DNA of 57,535 nt, counting the filler, from Squatina squatina (lineage: Eukaryota): NCBI GenBank assembly GCA_031763465.1. It is 4 parts of 3 records of this genome, joined end to end, with 100 filler letters (N's around TTAATTAATTAA, not from the genome) between each part and the next. Parts side by side here need not be neighbours in the genome. Positions count along the whole stretch, not along the records: positions 1 to 14,843 come from JARFOE010000115.1; 3 more parts are not named here. One strand, written 5' to 3'. Below the pieces are notes generated by a model that was not told the origin of the DNA, searched no databases, and worked only from the letters and a program-made list of their open reading frames with translations. The translations under genes were made by a program, and so were the position numbers. This document shows positions 1 through 13,165 of the stretch, one piece after another; within the stretch, counting starts at the first letter, position 1; each line of letters begins with the position of its first letter.

Positions 1-279
1 GTCTTAAAGTTATAAAAAGTACTATATAAATGCAAGTTATTTATTTTTTAACATGCACTTTGCAACTGTGTCTACATTACTGCAAAACTGAAAGGCATTT
101 ATTTAATAACCTATTTTATGGCAGTGGTGGTTCTTCTCAGTGACACAAGTCTACCAGGTATAGCCAAAATGGTCTGGGGGAACTGCATCCCGAATCAAAC
201 CGTAAAAATGGCAGTCTGTTCAGTGTGCTGAAGTAGGTATATACAGAAAGCTCTCAAAGGCCAACAGGCATTACATGGT

Positions 280-936
280 TTCACTATATTCATATTTATT
301 ATGGATCTTCAAAATTGTTTTTATAAAGCTGTTTATACTTTGGAGTCATACTTTTTCTGTTCAGTGAGTTGGCCCTTCTTCCACATTCACATAATGCAAT
401 AAACACTGTCGAGATGAAAATATTTCTGACCATCAACATAAGTAGATACAGATGCAACGAATACATTAGAAAGCATTTAATTCAATATCTAAAATGTGTT
501 TCTGTTAGTGAACAGCTTAAGTAGAACTGGTTGGATACTATTCAAACCACCATCCTGTAATCCTTGCTCAGCCTGAACACAGCATCAATTCTCTCCAGTC
601 TAATATATATTAGATTATCTCGAAGTTTGAATATTGCTTGAACCTCAATTCACTTCTTCTCGTGAGTCAGTTAGGATAAAATATATTTGTTGTGACAAAG
701 CTGTATGGTAAGTCCACAAATAAACCGGTGGGCATCCTGAAGGCTGAGAGATACATCTATGTTTTCTCCATGGGTGTGAAAGATCTTCTTGTCATGATTC
801 AAAGTGTTGTGGCCACAACGGGGAAGGTTGGTTTATTTTATTGTTTGCATTTCTACTTGCACAAACCTTTAGCACGCAGACCCGCAGGACACCTTTTCCA
901 CTTGCACAGGATCATGACAAGTAATCTTCTTTGCAA
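280..936 (-). other. Candidate terminal exon downstream of 4084-4163
   Basis: Acceptor ctgtttactttcatattag|TTGCAAAG at 937-938. All frames stop within about 30 codons. AATAAA on the minus strand at 295-300. Confidence 0.2.
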
Positions 937-1452
937 CTAATATGAAAGTAAACAGCAATATCTGGGAGCTTTCAAATTAAAAGAGAGGGATTGTGTGTTA
1001 AAGGTGTACTTGATCCAGCAAGCTGCCCTTGACTCCTGATCAGGCTCGCATACACAGCTGCCTCTGCATAGTGATGAGGTGCTAAGACATAGAGAGGGTG
1101 CTATCCAAAGATGTGGCAGTGATGGGAAGGCTGATGGGTTCTTGTTAATTACTTTAATTTAATGACTTTTTTGTTTCACACTCCAGTTCCAATCATGTAA
1201 TGTTTATCAACATAAATAATTGCCCTGTCCTCAGATTAATGTATTTTCCTTCTTTCCATACTGTTTAATAGGAACTGTACCATAAATACATATTTTTTTG
1301 CTGCTTCATTAACAATATCTGCTTCTACACACAGCTTACTGCAACTGGGCATNNNNNNNNNNNNNNNNNNNNNNNNNNNNNNNNNNNNNNNNNNNNNNNN
1401 NNNNNNNNNNNNNNNNNNNNNNNNNNNNNNNNNNNNNNNNNNNNNNNNNNNN

Positions 1453-1610
1453 AGTGAATTCCAAATCATAAGTCTCTGCGTAAAAAAAATTCTCCTAATG
1501 TCTGCCTGATTCTTTTGCCAATTATCTTAAATCTGTGTCATCTGATTACCGACACTCCCGCCAATGGGAACATATTTTCCCTATCTATGCAACCAAAACC
1601 CTCATCATTT
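1453..1610 (-). mobile_element. CR1 LINE 3' region fragment (degraded)
   Basis: gaattccaaatcat...ctctgcgtaaaaaaaattctccta is the reverse complement of the RRNFFTQR..WNS coding segment. Similar to the copies at 21078-21357 and 40285-40859. Confidence 0.6.
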
Positions 1611-4083
1611 TATAAATAGTTGTGTTTTTTTAAAAAACAGAAAATAAATATTACAGCTGACTTGTAGATAAACCTAGCATTCAGAACTTGGAATCTAATC
1701 TCACTCAGTATGGACCATTGCGCAACTATCAGGACACAAATTTAAATCCCACCAGAATCATATTTTAAAGGAAAGAAATTCAGAAACAATACAAGATAAA
1801 AAAGGAAGACCAAATCTATGAAAAAGGACAAAAATGCAGAAAAAGAGAATAGCAAGACAGTAAAAACTACATTGCAACAGCTTGATAGTTCAAGTGATAC
1901 AGGCCTCCCTCCCAACAAAACAGCTACAGTAATGATCTCAGCAACACTAATGAGTTAAGGTTTTGTGCTGTAACTTGGAAGCAAGTTTGGTCAATTAGCT
2001 AATAACTGTTAACTGCTATAGTCACCTCAAATCACTATAGACCAGCCACTTATTGACCAATGAAGCAGCAATGATAGTAGTTATACACAACCCAGTTAAT
2101 CTCACCCTCCTGAGCATCGGATAGCAGACAGCTCCTGTGGGAATAGAGCAGGTAAGGAAAAAAAATTAAAGAAAACTAGACAAAGAGAAATCACAGGAAG
2201 ACACTAAAAAGAAAAAAAGAATTGGAGGCAAAAGAAAATAGAAAAAAAGACAGAGAAAAAGTGTTGAAGGATAGATGCAAGAAAGTTAAAAACAGAAACA
2301 AAAGGATAAAAGCAGGACAAATAGAGGAAAATGAAATGCTAAATAACTCCTGGCTTGCAGACTAATGTTAGCTTCTGATGGGAGGGGAAAAAAACAAGCC
2401 GTATGTATTTCCATAGATTTAAAATGCAGGATTGCAGGTTTGAAAATAAAGTGTTGTAGATGTATCAAAAAAATGGATCAAACATTAGGTGAAGATTTAT
2501 TGCAAGTAGTTTCATCTAATGCAAGAAAGATGAATTGATTTTGGTTAAATTAGATATAACTGACAATTCATTGGTAGGGAAGATGCATTATTTTCCAATT
2601 GTTATCCTCCCATGGTTTAAGTGATTTGTGCTCTATTGTATTTTACGAAAAGAACAGAGGAACATTCAATGATTTAGATTGTATGTATTAATCATACCCA
2701 GTGGCTGTGAACTATATATCTAAAACTGTACGAGTCAGAGGAATTGGTGAACAAACTGCAGAATTATCTGGTCAGACCACTCCTCATGTTACTGTTCTGG
2801 TCATCCGAGATGCAAGGAAGACATTCAAGCATCAGAAGCACATGAACCACAATGACCCCTCGTTTTAAAGATCTTCATTACGAGGANNNNNNNNNNNNNN
2901 NNNNNNNNNNNNNNNNNNNNNNNNNNNNNNNNNNNNNNNNNNNNNNNNNNNNNNNNNNNNNNNNNNNNNNNNNNNNNNNNNNNNNNNNNNNNNNNNNNNN
3001 NNNNNNNNNNNNNNNNNNNNNNNNNNNNNNNNNNNNNNNNNNNNNNNNNNNNNNNNNNNNNNNNNNNNNNNNNNNNNNNNNNNNNNNNNNNNNNNNNNNN
3101 NNNNNNNNNNNNNNNNNNNNNNNNNNNNNNNNNNNNNNNNNNNNNNNNNNNNNNNNNNNNNNNNNNNNNNNNNNNNNNNNNNNNNNNNNNNNNNNNNNNN
3201 TACTGAAGTAATCAAAATGTTTTAGTGTGCGTGGCCATGAAAGTGATTCAAAACAACAAAAAATACGAAATCCATATTATTAGTGAAATGTTCAAAAAAA
3301 GACGAGTTTGTAATGTGATATTTTACTTTTGCACCCTGCTAGTATTGCACAAAGACAAAAAATGTGCTACATTTAAAAAAAAATATAGGTCAGTATTTAT
3401 TAATTAAAATTGGTATTCCTTTTAACCCTACACTTCTGCTCTTAATTTCAACAGAATCTGCATCTGAAGCCAAGAATTTTAAATGATTCATATGAAGTTA
3501 AAGGCATCTGTCATAGTTCAATCACACCATACCAGCCAGCTAACTATCCTCTCTCACCAACAACAGATCACAATAGGAGCCAGTTTCTCTGCCTCTCAGA
3601 ACAATTTTAGAATAGATTGCCAGTGACCAAAAAAGAAAGATAAGCTCAGCACTGTATATATGCACACTTCTCATAACATGATTTAAAGCTCAACACCTTT
3701 CAGGCTTTGGAGGAGGAATCAGTAGTTTTTTTCCCTCTCTTCATGCCCTTTGCTGGTAACACCATGGGTACGTCATATGTCATAAATACCATGAAAACTA
3801 ATCCATCAGCTGTAATGGCTCCTATAAAACACCACAGTGAGATTGCAATAAGACTGGAAAATAGGCTACAAATCCCAGCTATGCTCAGGCTCGCAATGAA
3901 GCGAGACAGAAAGGAGGTGGGATAGGGATCAAGTGATAGATGGCCATCTGAACCATGACCAGAAAGGGCAGAGGTCACAGGCCAAGGTCTTTATAACATC
4001 TCCACCACCTAACTTTAGTAAGGTACTAATCTAAACTATCATAACAGATATACAGGACAAAGAGAAAGAATAAATGTGCTTAC

Positions 4084-4163
4084 CTTTGTGGAAAGCTTCC
4101 TGGGTCCCTTTCTGCCATTTCTATTTGCCGTTCCAGACAGTCGTGTGAGTCTCGCTTGAAAAC
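4084..4163 (-). other. Candidate 80-bp internal exon of an unidentified transcript
   Basis: Acceptor ctccttgtttgatag| and consensus donor AAG|gtaagc. Two open frames (GFQARLTRLSGTANRNGRKGPRKLSTK or VFKRDSHDCLERQIEMAERDPGSFPQ); neither is recognised. Confidence 0.4.
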
Positions 4164-4534
4164 CTATCAAACAAGGAGTAGTTTAAGAGATTTTGATATG
4201 ACCTATTTGACAGCTATTTCAGTTAAAAGGAGCATGGGGTGCACTCTGACCTCAACCCTTTAAAACACTGGCAGTCAGGCAAAAAAGTAATTGGCAAGTA
4301 TAATTGTTAATTTTTATAGATAATAGTAATGTCTTGATTTGGCAGGAGAAGGAAACTTACTAACCCTTTGAGAACTGCACTCACATTTTGGAACCAAAAT
4401 TAAATGAATCAAAATGATTTTAAAATTTATTCAGAGAAAATCAAATTAAGAAATGCTTTGCATAGTCTACAAATTTGAACATAAGATTCAGAATTATTTT
4501 TATGGCTGGTTATCTGATAGAAATATAGATTATG

Positions 4535-4916
4535 AAAGAAAGACTTGGATTCATACAGTGCCTTTCACGACCACCAGACATCTCAAAGCACTTTACAGCC
4601 AATGAAGTACTTTTGGAATGTAGTCACTGTTGTAATGTGGGAAACGCAGCAGCCAATTTGTGCACAGCAAGCTCCCACAAGATAATGACCAGATAATCTG
4701 TTTTTGTTTTGTTGATTGTGAGATAAATATTGGCCAGGACACCGAGGATATCTCGGCTGCTCTTCTTCGAAATAGTGCCATGGGATCTTTTACATCCACC
4801 GGAGAGAGCAGGCGGGACCCTAGTTTTAACGTCACATCCGAAAGATGGCACCTCCGACAGTGCAGCACTGCCTCAGTACTGCACTGGAGTATCAGCCTAG
4901 AATTTGTGCTGAAGTC
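4535..4916 (-). mobile_element. DeuSINE (SacSINE1-like) copy
   Basis: Reverse complement aligns by eye with 24716-25088: Deu domain (GGATGTAAAAGATCCCATGGCACTATTTCGAAGAAGAGCAG...TCCTGGCCAATATTTATC) and 3' tail. Confidence 0.85.
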
Positions 4917-6677
4917 AAATAGAGGAAAAGCTCAAATATAACCAACTTGCCTTTAGGTTTCACTTCACTCAAGCAGAAATATACACACATTGCAGTGTGA
5001 CCCAGTCAGTCAATAACGCATGTTGTTTTAAAAAAAAGTAAGAAATTAGGTTTATTTCTAAATAAAAATGATTGCTATAATTACATAAAAATTGAAATAA
5101 ATCTTATGCAAATACTTTAATGCCATAATCCTTGTATTGCTTAATTCCCAGTTGATAATGTAAACTGGACACTGTAGCGGAAACTATGTCCTAAATATTT
5201 AGCCCACATAAATGGCAAAATGATGCTTGCATTTTAAGTGCAGCTGCTGGAGACTGAGATTGGTGAAGTCTCTATGTCAAAGCCATTTCTGATATGAAGC
5301 TCACAGTGCTCACAAGTCATCTCTGGAATCAGCAGCAGCATTACTGACGAACTGCTGCTGAGTCAGTAAAGTATAGAAAAGTTGGGTACTCGCACAAAAA
5401 AACCCACAAATATGGCTGGCTGAGCATTACAAAACAGAGTAAAAGGACCGTTACTAAAATTCTGACCTGTGCCCTGGGGGTGCTGGCCCCTGACACTAGA
5501 TGCAAGAATGGGAAATATTCCATTTCCTATCACTAAAATCTATCAAATTGAGTATTCTGACATATTATATTACCCATTCCCACTTCTAATTTTAAGAAAA
5601 GATTCAAGAGTACAGACACATTAAGAGTCAGTTAATGCAGTTAATAGCCATAAACAGACTTCAAAATGCTGGAAGGTGGTGAAAAGTGTTGGTCTACATA
5701 CAAAGGAATCTCGGGCTGTGAAAAAACATTGCACCACTCTACTGTGANNNNNNNNNNNNNNNNNNNNNNNNNNNNNNNNNNNNNNNNNNNNNNNNNNNNN
5801 NNNNNNNNNNNNNNNNNNNNNNNNNNNNNNNNNNNNNNNNNNNNNNNNNNNNNNNNNNNNNNNNNNNNNNNNNNNNNNNNNNNNNNNNNNNNNNNNNNNN
5901 NNNNNNNNNNNNNNNNNNNNNNNNNNNNNNNNNNNNNNNNNNNNNNNNNNNNNNNNNNNNNNNNNNNNNNNNNNNNNNNNNNNNNNNNNNNNNNNNNNNN
6001 NNNNNNNNNNNNNNNNNNNNNNNNNNNNNNNNNNNNNNNNNNNNNNNNNNNNNNNNNNNNNNNNNNNNNNNNNNNNNNNNNNNNNNNNNNNNNNNNNNNN
6101 NNNNNNNNNNNNNNNNNNNNNNNNNNNNNNNNNNNNNNNNNNNNNNNNNNNNNNNNNNNNNNNNNNNNNNNNNNNNNNNNNNNNNNNNNNNNNNNNNNNN
6201 NNNNNNNNNNNNNNNNNNNNNNNNNNNNNNNNNNNNNNNNNNNNNNNNNNNNNNNNNNNNNNNNNNNNNNNNNNNNNNNNNNNNNNNNNNNNNNNNNNNN
6301 NNNNNNNNNNNNNNNNNNNNNNNNNNNNNNNNNNNNNNNNNNNNNNNNNNNNNNNNNNNNNNNNNNNNNNNNNNNNNNNNNNNNNNNNNNNNNNNNNNNN
6401 NNNNNNNNNNNNNNNNNNNNNNNNNNNNNNNNNNNNNNNNNNNNNNNNNNNNNNNNNNNNNNNNNNNNNNNNNNNNNNNNNNNNNNNNNNNNNNNNNNNN
6501 NNNNNNNNNNNNNNNNNNNNNNNNNNNNNNNNNNNNNNNNNNNNNNNNNNNNNNNNNNNNNNNNNNNNNNNNNNNNNNNNNNNNNNNNNNNNNNNNNNNN
6601 NNNNNNNNNNNNNNNNNNNNNNNNNNNNNNNNNNNNNNNNNNNNNNNNNNNNNNNNNNNNNNNNNNNNNNNNNNNNN

Positions 6678-6770
<93 letters not shown>

Positions 6771-7088
6771 TCAAGTCTTAAAGAATTAAATTTATATGAA
6801 AGGAAAATTGTACAGTACAATTATTCACTAGCAAATGGGTAAGCAACATAACTTGTCATATATCTGGTATATAAAATGCTCAAAACATCCATGGACTACT
6901 TGTTTTAATGTGCAGTTAGGAACAAAGTTATACTATTTAAATCTCAGCAAACAAACCTGTAAAAAGTGAGAGGGAAGGAGAAGCCTCATCAGATAATTAA
7001 TTGATAAAGAGTCTTGTTATCATTAAGCTTTTAAAAGGAATTATGATCAATATTAATTTCTTTTTCTGCCTACTTTAACTGATCTGTT

Positions 7089-7142
7089 ATTATATATATA
7101 TATATATATTAAAAAAAATATATAAATATATACATATATATG
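7089..7142. repeat. (TA)n microsatellite / AT low complexity
   Basis: tatatatatatatatatata...tatataaatatatacatatata. Confidence 0.9.
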
Positions 7143-8875
7143 TAGTAAACACTGATGAGAGAATTGGGAAACTGCGCAGGAGTTCCNNNNNNNNNNNNNN
7201 NNNNNNNNNNNNNNNNNNNNNNNNNNNNNNNNNNNNNNNNNNNNNNNNNNNNNNNNNNNNNNNNNNNNNNNNNNNNNNNNNNNNNNATGTAACACTAGAG
7301 AAAAAGTGCACCAGATTTCAGACTTTTACTATCCTGTGGTGTTGCATTTTGGGAATCAAGACCAAACATAGCATTCAGGTGAAACCTGGTTAGAGAGAGG
7401 GAGGTAATTGTGCTACAGAGTACAGATGTAGTTAATTTTGAAGTCATACATTCTTTCATTTTATAACACTTTGATATTATTTATAATTAAATAGCAAAAT
7501 GTAAACAATTTGGAAAACAGAGAAGTGGAGTTGTTTGCATTACAGGCTGAGGCTGGTAGATGCAAATTTGTGATGCTACAGCACCATCACTGGTGGCAGG
7601 GTTCAATTACAGCGTGACAAGTTTACAAAGACATTTTCCATACTGAATGTGGAAATAAGAATTTAGAATGGGAAAAGTTGTCAGAAAACACCTGCAGATG
7701 TATATGTATTATAATATACATGAAATGCACCTCCTGTGAGTAAGGCATTGAATTACACACCAGACATTGCCAGCTTATTGAGCAGAAAATAGAAATTTTG
7801 CACTGCTCATTTGAAAAAATGGCTAATTAACATTTTGTCATTAAAGTTATACAAGTTGATGAGGGATTAACATATTCTGCAGAAGACAGAAATTATTGTA
7901 GAAAGATCCATGAGGGCCTGAATGGGGAGGGCCTGAAATTGTATGGAGGCCTCATTATCATAGAGTCCAGCAAGATTTTCCCACAATATAATAGGTCTGT
8001 AATTAATACCTAACACTGATCCATGCCAACCATGGCATTATGGATCAATTTGCAGCATCAGGAGTCATTATATTATGATTATACAATATTACAGACACAA
8101 ACAGCATTTGCACAATGATATAATGATGAAAGTATTTTTAAAGTCACATATCTGTGCATAATATGTGGTATGTAACCATGGAAATAGCCCAATTACAACA
8201 AATGCGCTTGGGTGATATGTGAGTAAGTCATCACAAAATATTCTCTTTATTTCTTGGTCACCTGCTATTTATCTTATATGTAGTGGGGGTTTTTTTGCAA
8301 GAGGAAAGGGGCATTTGTCTTATCCATTTTCCTCCAATGGAGTCTCCTCACATTAAGCACCTACCCCAGTCAATGCTGCCAAATGGTGTTGAGGTGTGCA
8401 AGAGTGGTCTGGATGGCTGGCCCCCCGATTTCCCCTCTACTAGAAAACAGTGGACTTCAATTAGTCCAGCCCGCTTCCAAGCCCCCACCTCCCCTCCATA
8501 ACATTTTACTTTGTAGTACTCATTTAAAAACTAACTTGAAAGTAATCACTAACAATTTTTCACAATTGTGAAATAAATAGAGGGGAACCACCACCCTATG
8601 AAATTTTCCACCCTACATTATTCAGCATCTAAGCACCACTAATCGGATGCAGAATCTCTTAGACTGGGTCATTAGACCTGGAAATCTTGCCCGTGCAACA
8701 TGTGACAGAATATTTCAATGCACGAGTGGAAGCCTGTGCCAATATGCTGATAAATTAACAGGGAAAGAATTTCCCAGAGTAGAGATTCCCAACTTAGAAA
8801 CGGTTGGAGAGAGTGGAACAGTACTATTTTTATGGGAGGGATGGTGGGGGTGGTGGTCGTGGGGCTGGAGGAGAT

Positions 8876-9329
8876 TCTTTTTAGGCAGTCCCTTGGGGTC
8901 GAGGATGACTTGCTTCCACTCCAGTATTGTGGGTTCTGAGGTGACTAAATAGTCCAATACGGAATCCACAAACTCTGCCACAGGTGGGGTAGGTGGTGTT
9001 TGATGGGGCGAGTGGGTGGGATGCTCGGATTGTCACATGCTTCTTCCACTGCTTGTGCTTGGCCTCCATGTGCTTCTGTCAAAGAAGCTTGAAGTGATCG
9101 GCGCCTGGACATATGCTTCTCCTCCAGTTACTGGGCCAGAGATTCCCATGGTGGGGATGTTACCTTTTTTTCAGGGAGGCTTTGAGGATGTCCTTGAAGT
9201 GTTTTCTCTGCCCTCCTGGTAATCACTTGCCATGACAGAGCTCGGAGTAGAGTGCTTGTTTCAGGAGTCTCGTGCCAGGCATGCGGACGATGTGGCCCGC
9301 CCATCGCAGCTGATTGAGCGTAGTCAGTA
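8876..9329 (-). mobile_element. RTE-clade LINE, 3' end of ORF (degenerate)
   Basis: QLRWAGHIVRMPGTRLLKQALYSELCHGK, then the C-terminal Zn-finger-like YPTCGRVCGFRIGLFSHLRTH. Stops and frameshifts present. Confidence 0.85.
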
Positions 9330-11102
9330 NNNNNNNNNNNNNNNNNNNNNNNNNNNNNNNNNNNNNNNNNNNNNNNNNNNNNNNNNNNNNNNNNNNNNNN
9401 NNNNNNNNNNNNNNNNNNNNNNNNNNNNNNNNNNNNNNNNNNNNNNNNNNNNNNNNNNNNNNNNNNNNNNNNNNNNNNNNNNNNNNNNNNNNNNNNNNNN
9501 NNNNNNNNNNNNNNNNNNNNNNNNNNNNNNNNNNNNNNNNNNNNNNNNNNNNNNNNNNNNNNNNNNNNNATTCAGCTTGATCTAGGAACACTGCTGCTCA
9601 ATCAGGGCAAAATAAAATGAAAATTCTCAATCAAAAGCAGTCTAAGCCTTTCTTCAAGACATGAAATAGAATTACCTCAAGATGTTATTACTTTTGGTAA
9701 CATCATTCGCAAATGATAAAGGAAATGCATTTCATTGCAGAAAAAAAATTAAACTTCCCTGAAATTAGTTTTCATTTAATAATCCAAATTTCACAAAATT
9801 AGACCCTCTATATAAAAATGCCTTTAGCAGTTCCACAAAAGCACCTTATATGATGTTGATAAATAAGGCAGCAAAACAATGAAATATATATCAGAGTGTA
9901 ATAGTGGGTGCTTACTGTATATATTATGTGATTGTAATCTACTTAGGAGCACAATACCCATAGTATAATACATGGATAATGGGCAACTCAAATTATAATT
10001 ACATACTTAATATATACATTCAAACTAAGATTTGTCAAATGCCTTGGTCCAGCAACATTAGGCTAACAGTGTCAAGTTCGTTTAAATATATTATTTAATA
10101 CTGCAGCAAACAATATTCTATTTTGTTCCATAAAAGTAATTTAAATCACCAACAGATATTACTTCAGCCAAAGAGCATGAGCACATCATTCACGTACAAC
10201 ATATTCAAACTACCTAAAATTTCATAAAATAGTACGGATGTTTATTATAACACTATTATAGAGGTATTTTATCCAGACTCAGTCCAAGATAATATAACTT
10301 TTTATAAGTGCAGAATTTAAAAATAATCACTTATTTTTCTGTAGGTTTTCAATTCACTTAACAAAATTAAATTAAGGAACAGTGGCTAAATGGGACAAAT
10401 GCAAATGCACTGCGCCACATGCTGAGAGACCAGGTCAGAATCACTGCTTCAATTGCAGATCATACTTTTCCCAAAAGGCTACTGATTTTAGCTGGGTCAT
10501 TAAAAGTAGCAACCCACCAACTATCCAAAAATTAAAATAACCCATAGAGATAGTCATGACTGCTGCTTTCTCAGCCAGAGCATAGGATGTGTGGACCAGT
10601 GGAATATGAAGATAAAATATTCAAAATATAAAAATAAAAGCTGTATCTAGTGCGTGGTATCTCCAAATCATGAATATTCAGCTTTCCTTAAAGCTTACTC
10701 CCATTACAGAAACTGATTGAATCCTATTTGAGCATTGTATTTAACCCAGTTTGAATGCCCATGAACCCATATCAACTTACACTCTTGTATTGCGGCAATG
10801 AAAATTGGAAGGTCGTAAGTTAGCCATTGGAATTTTTTTTGCCAATTTTATTACAAACTTAATTTATGTAATTTTGAATCATTGCTACAAGAAAACTTAC
10901 TTTCACTAATTTAAAAGAGGGTAAGAGTCTTAAGAGTTAAAGATATGACAGAATGNNNNNNNNNNNNNNNNNNNNNNNNNNNNNNNNNNNNNNNNNNNNN
11001 NNNNNNNNNNNNNNNNNNNNNNNNNNNGCATTTTTACATTTTAAGCTGATTCTTAAGAAGTCAGGAATACTTTTAGTATTCATTGGATTGAATTATTAGG
11101 TT

Positions 11103-11134
11103 ATTTCATTTCATTTCATTTCATTTCATTTCAT
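11103..11134. repeat. (ATTTC)n pentanucleotide microsatellite, about 6 units
   Basis: atttcatttcatttcatttcatttcatttcat. Confidence 0.9.
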
Positions 11135-12639
11135 AGGAACATCATACAAATAAAGAGTGCAAAGCTAAGCTTAGGTACATTCCAGAATACTAGACTTGTG
11201 CCTTTGAAAAGGTTAAGGATTGTGTCCCATATTTGATATGCTTCTGTATTTCCCCAACTGTCACATCTAACATAGTAAAGTTCTCCCTCTACTTTTGAAA
11301 TGTTGTCTGCTTGCCTAAAACTTNNNNNNNNNNGTGTTCTAAATCAAACCAGAATTGGGTCACATGCTGAACTGTAAACACGATCATACTCCTCAGCCCT
11401 CCAGGTGACAGCTCATCTGTGTGGGGGGAAAATGATTACTTACACATATCTGTGTTGTCAAAATAGTACTTCCGAGGTAATTACCATTGTGGTGTGCCTC
11501 CTGCCTGGGCTGGATGGATGAGGCCTGCTGCCAAAGGGTCACTATTCCCCCCATATTTCTAACCACAAGCTCAGGTGTTTCAGCACTGTAAATTGGTCCA
11601 GGCATGTCAGCAGTTATCTGTATTCCAAGCAACCTGCAGCCATCTTATGCCATACCACACACAGAATATTTGACTGGTGCGTACAGAAGCTGATAACTTT
11701 CTGATGAAGAGCGATAACCACTAAGCATTACTGACTGAAAGTTGCTGAGTGGTAACTAATCAATTTCTAAATAAGTTAACTCTATATAGCTCTGTCAACA
11801 GTTCAAATTTTCCAATCCTATTGATAACAGCTTATACTTTCAGACACTATACCCTCATTAGTCTTATTTTTATAGATTGCTTAAATTTAACATGCATCTT
11901 TTGAGAGGTCTGTTAAAATGGAGCCATAAATTCAAAGGAGGTCGCTGCCCTACTTAGGGGATGATGTTTGTAGCAGATCTTTTATTATTCCAAACCAACC
12001 ACTAACATCAAAAATAAATAAATGTTTCCCACCCTTTGTGCTGAGCCTGTACAATGCCCTATGCCACCCTGTAAGCGATTCACCACCAGCCGCTAGGATG
12101 CGCAAGAGCAGCTGGTGGTTAATCACTTACTAAATTTCCTAACCTCGCCCTCTACTAGATCGCCTGCCCCTGATGGCAGATCATTTGGGGAACAAGTTAT
12201 GGATATATTGCTGCTGCAAATTATGTGCGGTCTGAGCTGTCGGTGTTCTCAACACCACTTGAAGGGATGTTTTTCCTACATCAGTAGACAATCTATTTGT
12301 AGACTGGCAGCGAGCGCCATAGTTACATTGTTCATTGTATCAATCAGCCACCTCTAGGTAAACATTCTGCCCAGGCCCAGAGAAATCAATGATCAGAACA
12401 GATTTAATAACTATTTATTAATCAATTCTTATTCTATTATTTTGTTACAGCGGTGGTATTAAAAAGTAGGATTACAGAAGTTTCTCCATAGTCTTTTTGG
12501 ATGTCATTCATCCTACGCAGAGACATAGTTGGGGCCAGTACTCTTTCCCTGTTCTGTATTTGAGGAGGATCTCAGCTCATTAATTCACTGCACTGACCTT
12601 GTGCTCAAATCAGCTCAAATCATTTTCAAATTAGGTTCA

Positions 12640-12930
12640 ATGGGCAGCCTTGTGTGTCGCTGGGTAAATGATGGGCCTGGTGTAGGGCTAGTAGGCCAGA
12701 AAGGTTCTTTCCCCAAGTCTGTTCTGAATTAGCTGACCCAAGCAGTGGGCTATGGCAAAACTGTTGGTCTCAGAACCCACCTTGGTCAAAGTCGGTGTAA
12801 AGAAATCAGCCATGGTTCCCATTCTTGATGGTTATCTAGGTGTGGTTCATGTGTGTGTGTAGATGTCAAGTGAAGACAGGGTCTTGTGAGTTCATTACGA
12901 TGATTGAGGGCTGGTGCCATCACCACTAAA
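12640..12930 (+). mobile_element. Degraded second SINE-like repeat family (related segment at 56230-56330)
   Basis: gtctgttctgaattagctga...ttggtctcag resembles 56262-56325 ccgttctgggttagctga...ttggcctcagtg. Family not named. Confidence 0.35.
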
Positions 12931-12939
12931 ATAGGAAGC

Positions 12940-13165
12940 AGGTGCCCCCTTGTAAAGGGGCACAACCAATAAAACTGTAACTTTAAAAAAAAACTCCAAG
13001 TAAACTTAATAAATCAAATTAAATCTTTATTGGGCTGATGAAGCACTCCAGTCCCTCCAGTGCCCCGCAGTCGCGGAAGGCCTCAAGCGTAGCAGCGGAA
13101 ACTGTATGCTCCGTCTCCAGAGATACCCAGGTGCAAACACAACTACGGAAGAGAGGCAGGCAGTG
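12940..13165 (-). mobile_element. Tx1-clade LINE, ORF2 C-terminus and 3'UTR
   Basis: Minus-strand translation CLPLFRSCVCTWVSLETEHTVSAATLEAFRDCGALEGLECFISPIKI* resembles fish Tx1 ORF2 C-termini (recalled). It is followed by a T-rich UTR and the hairpin GTGCCCC..GGGGCAC at 12942-12963. Confidence 0.6.
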
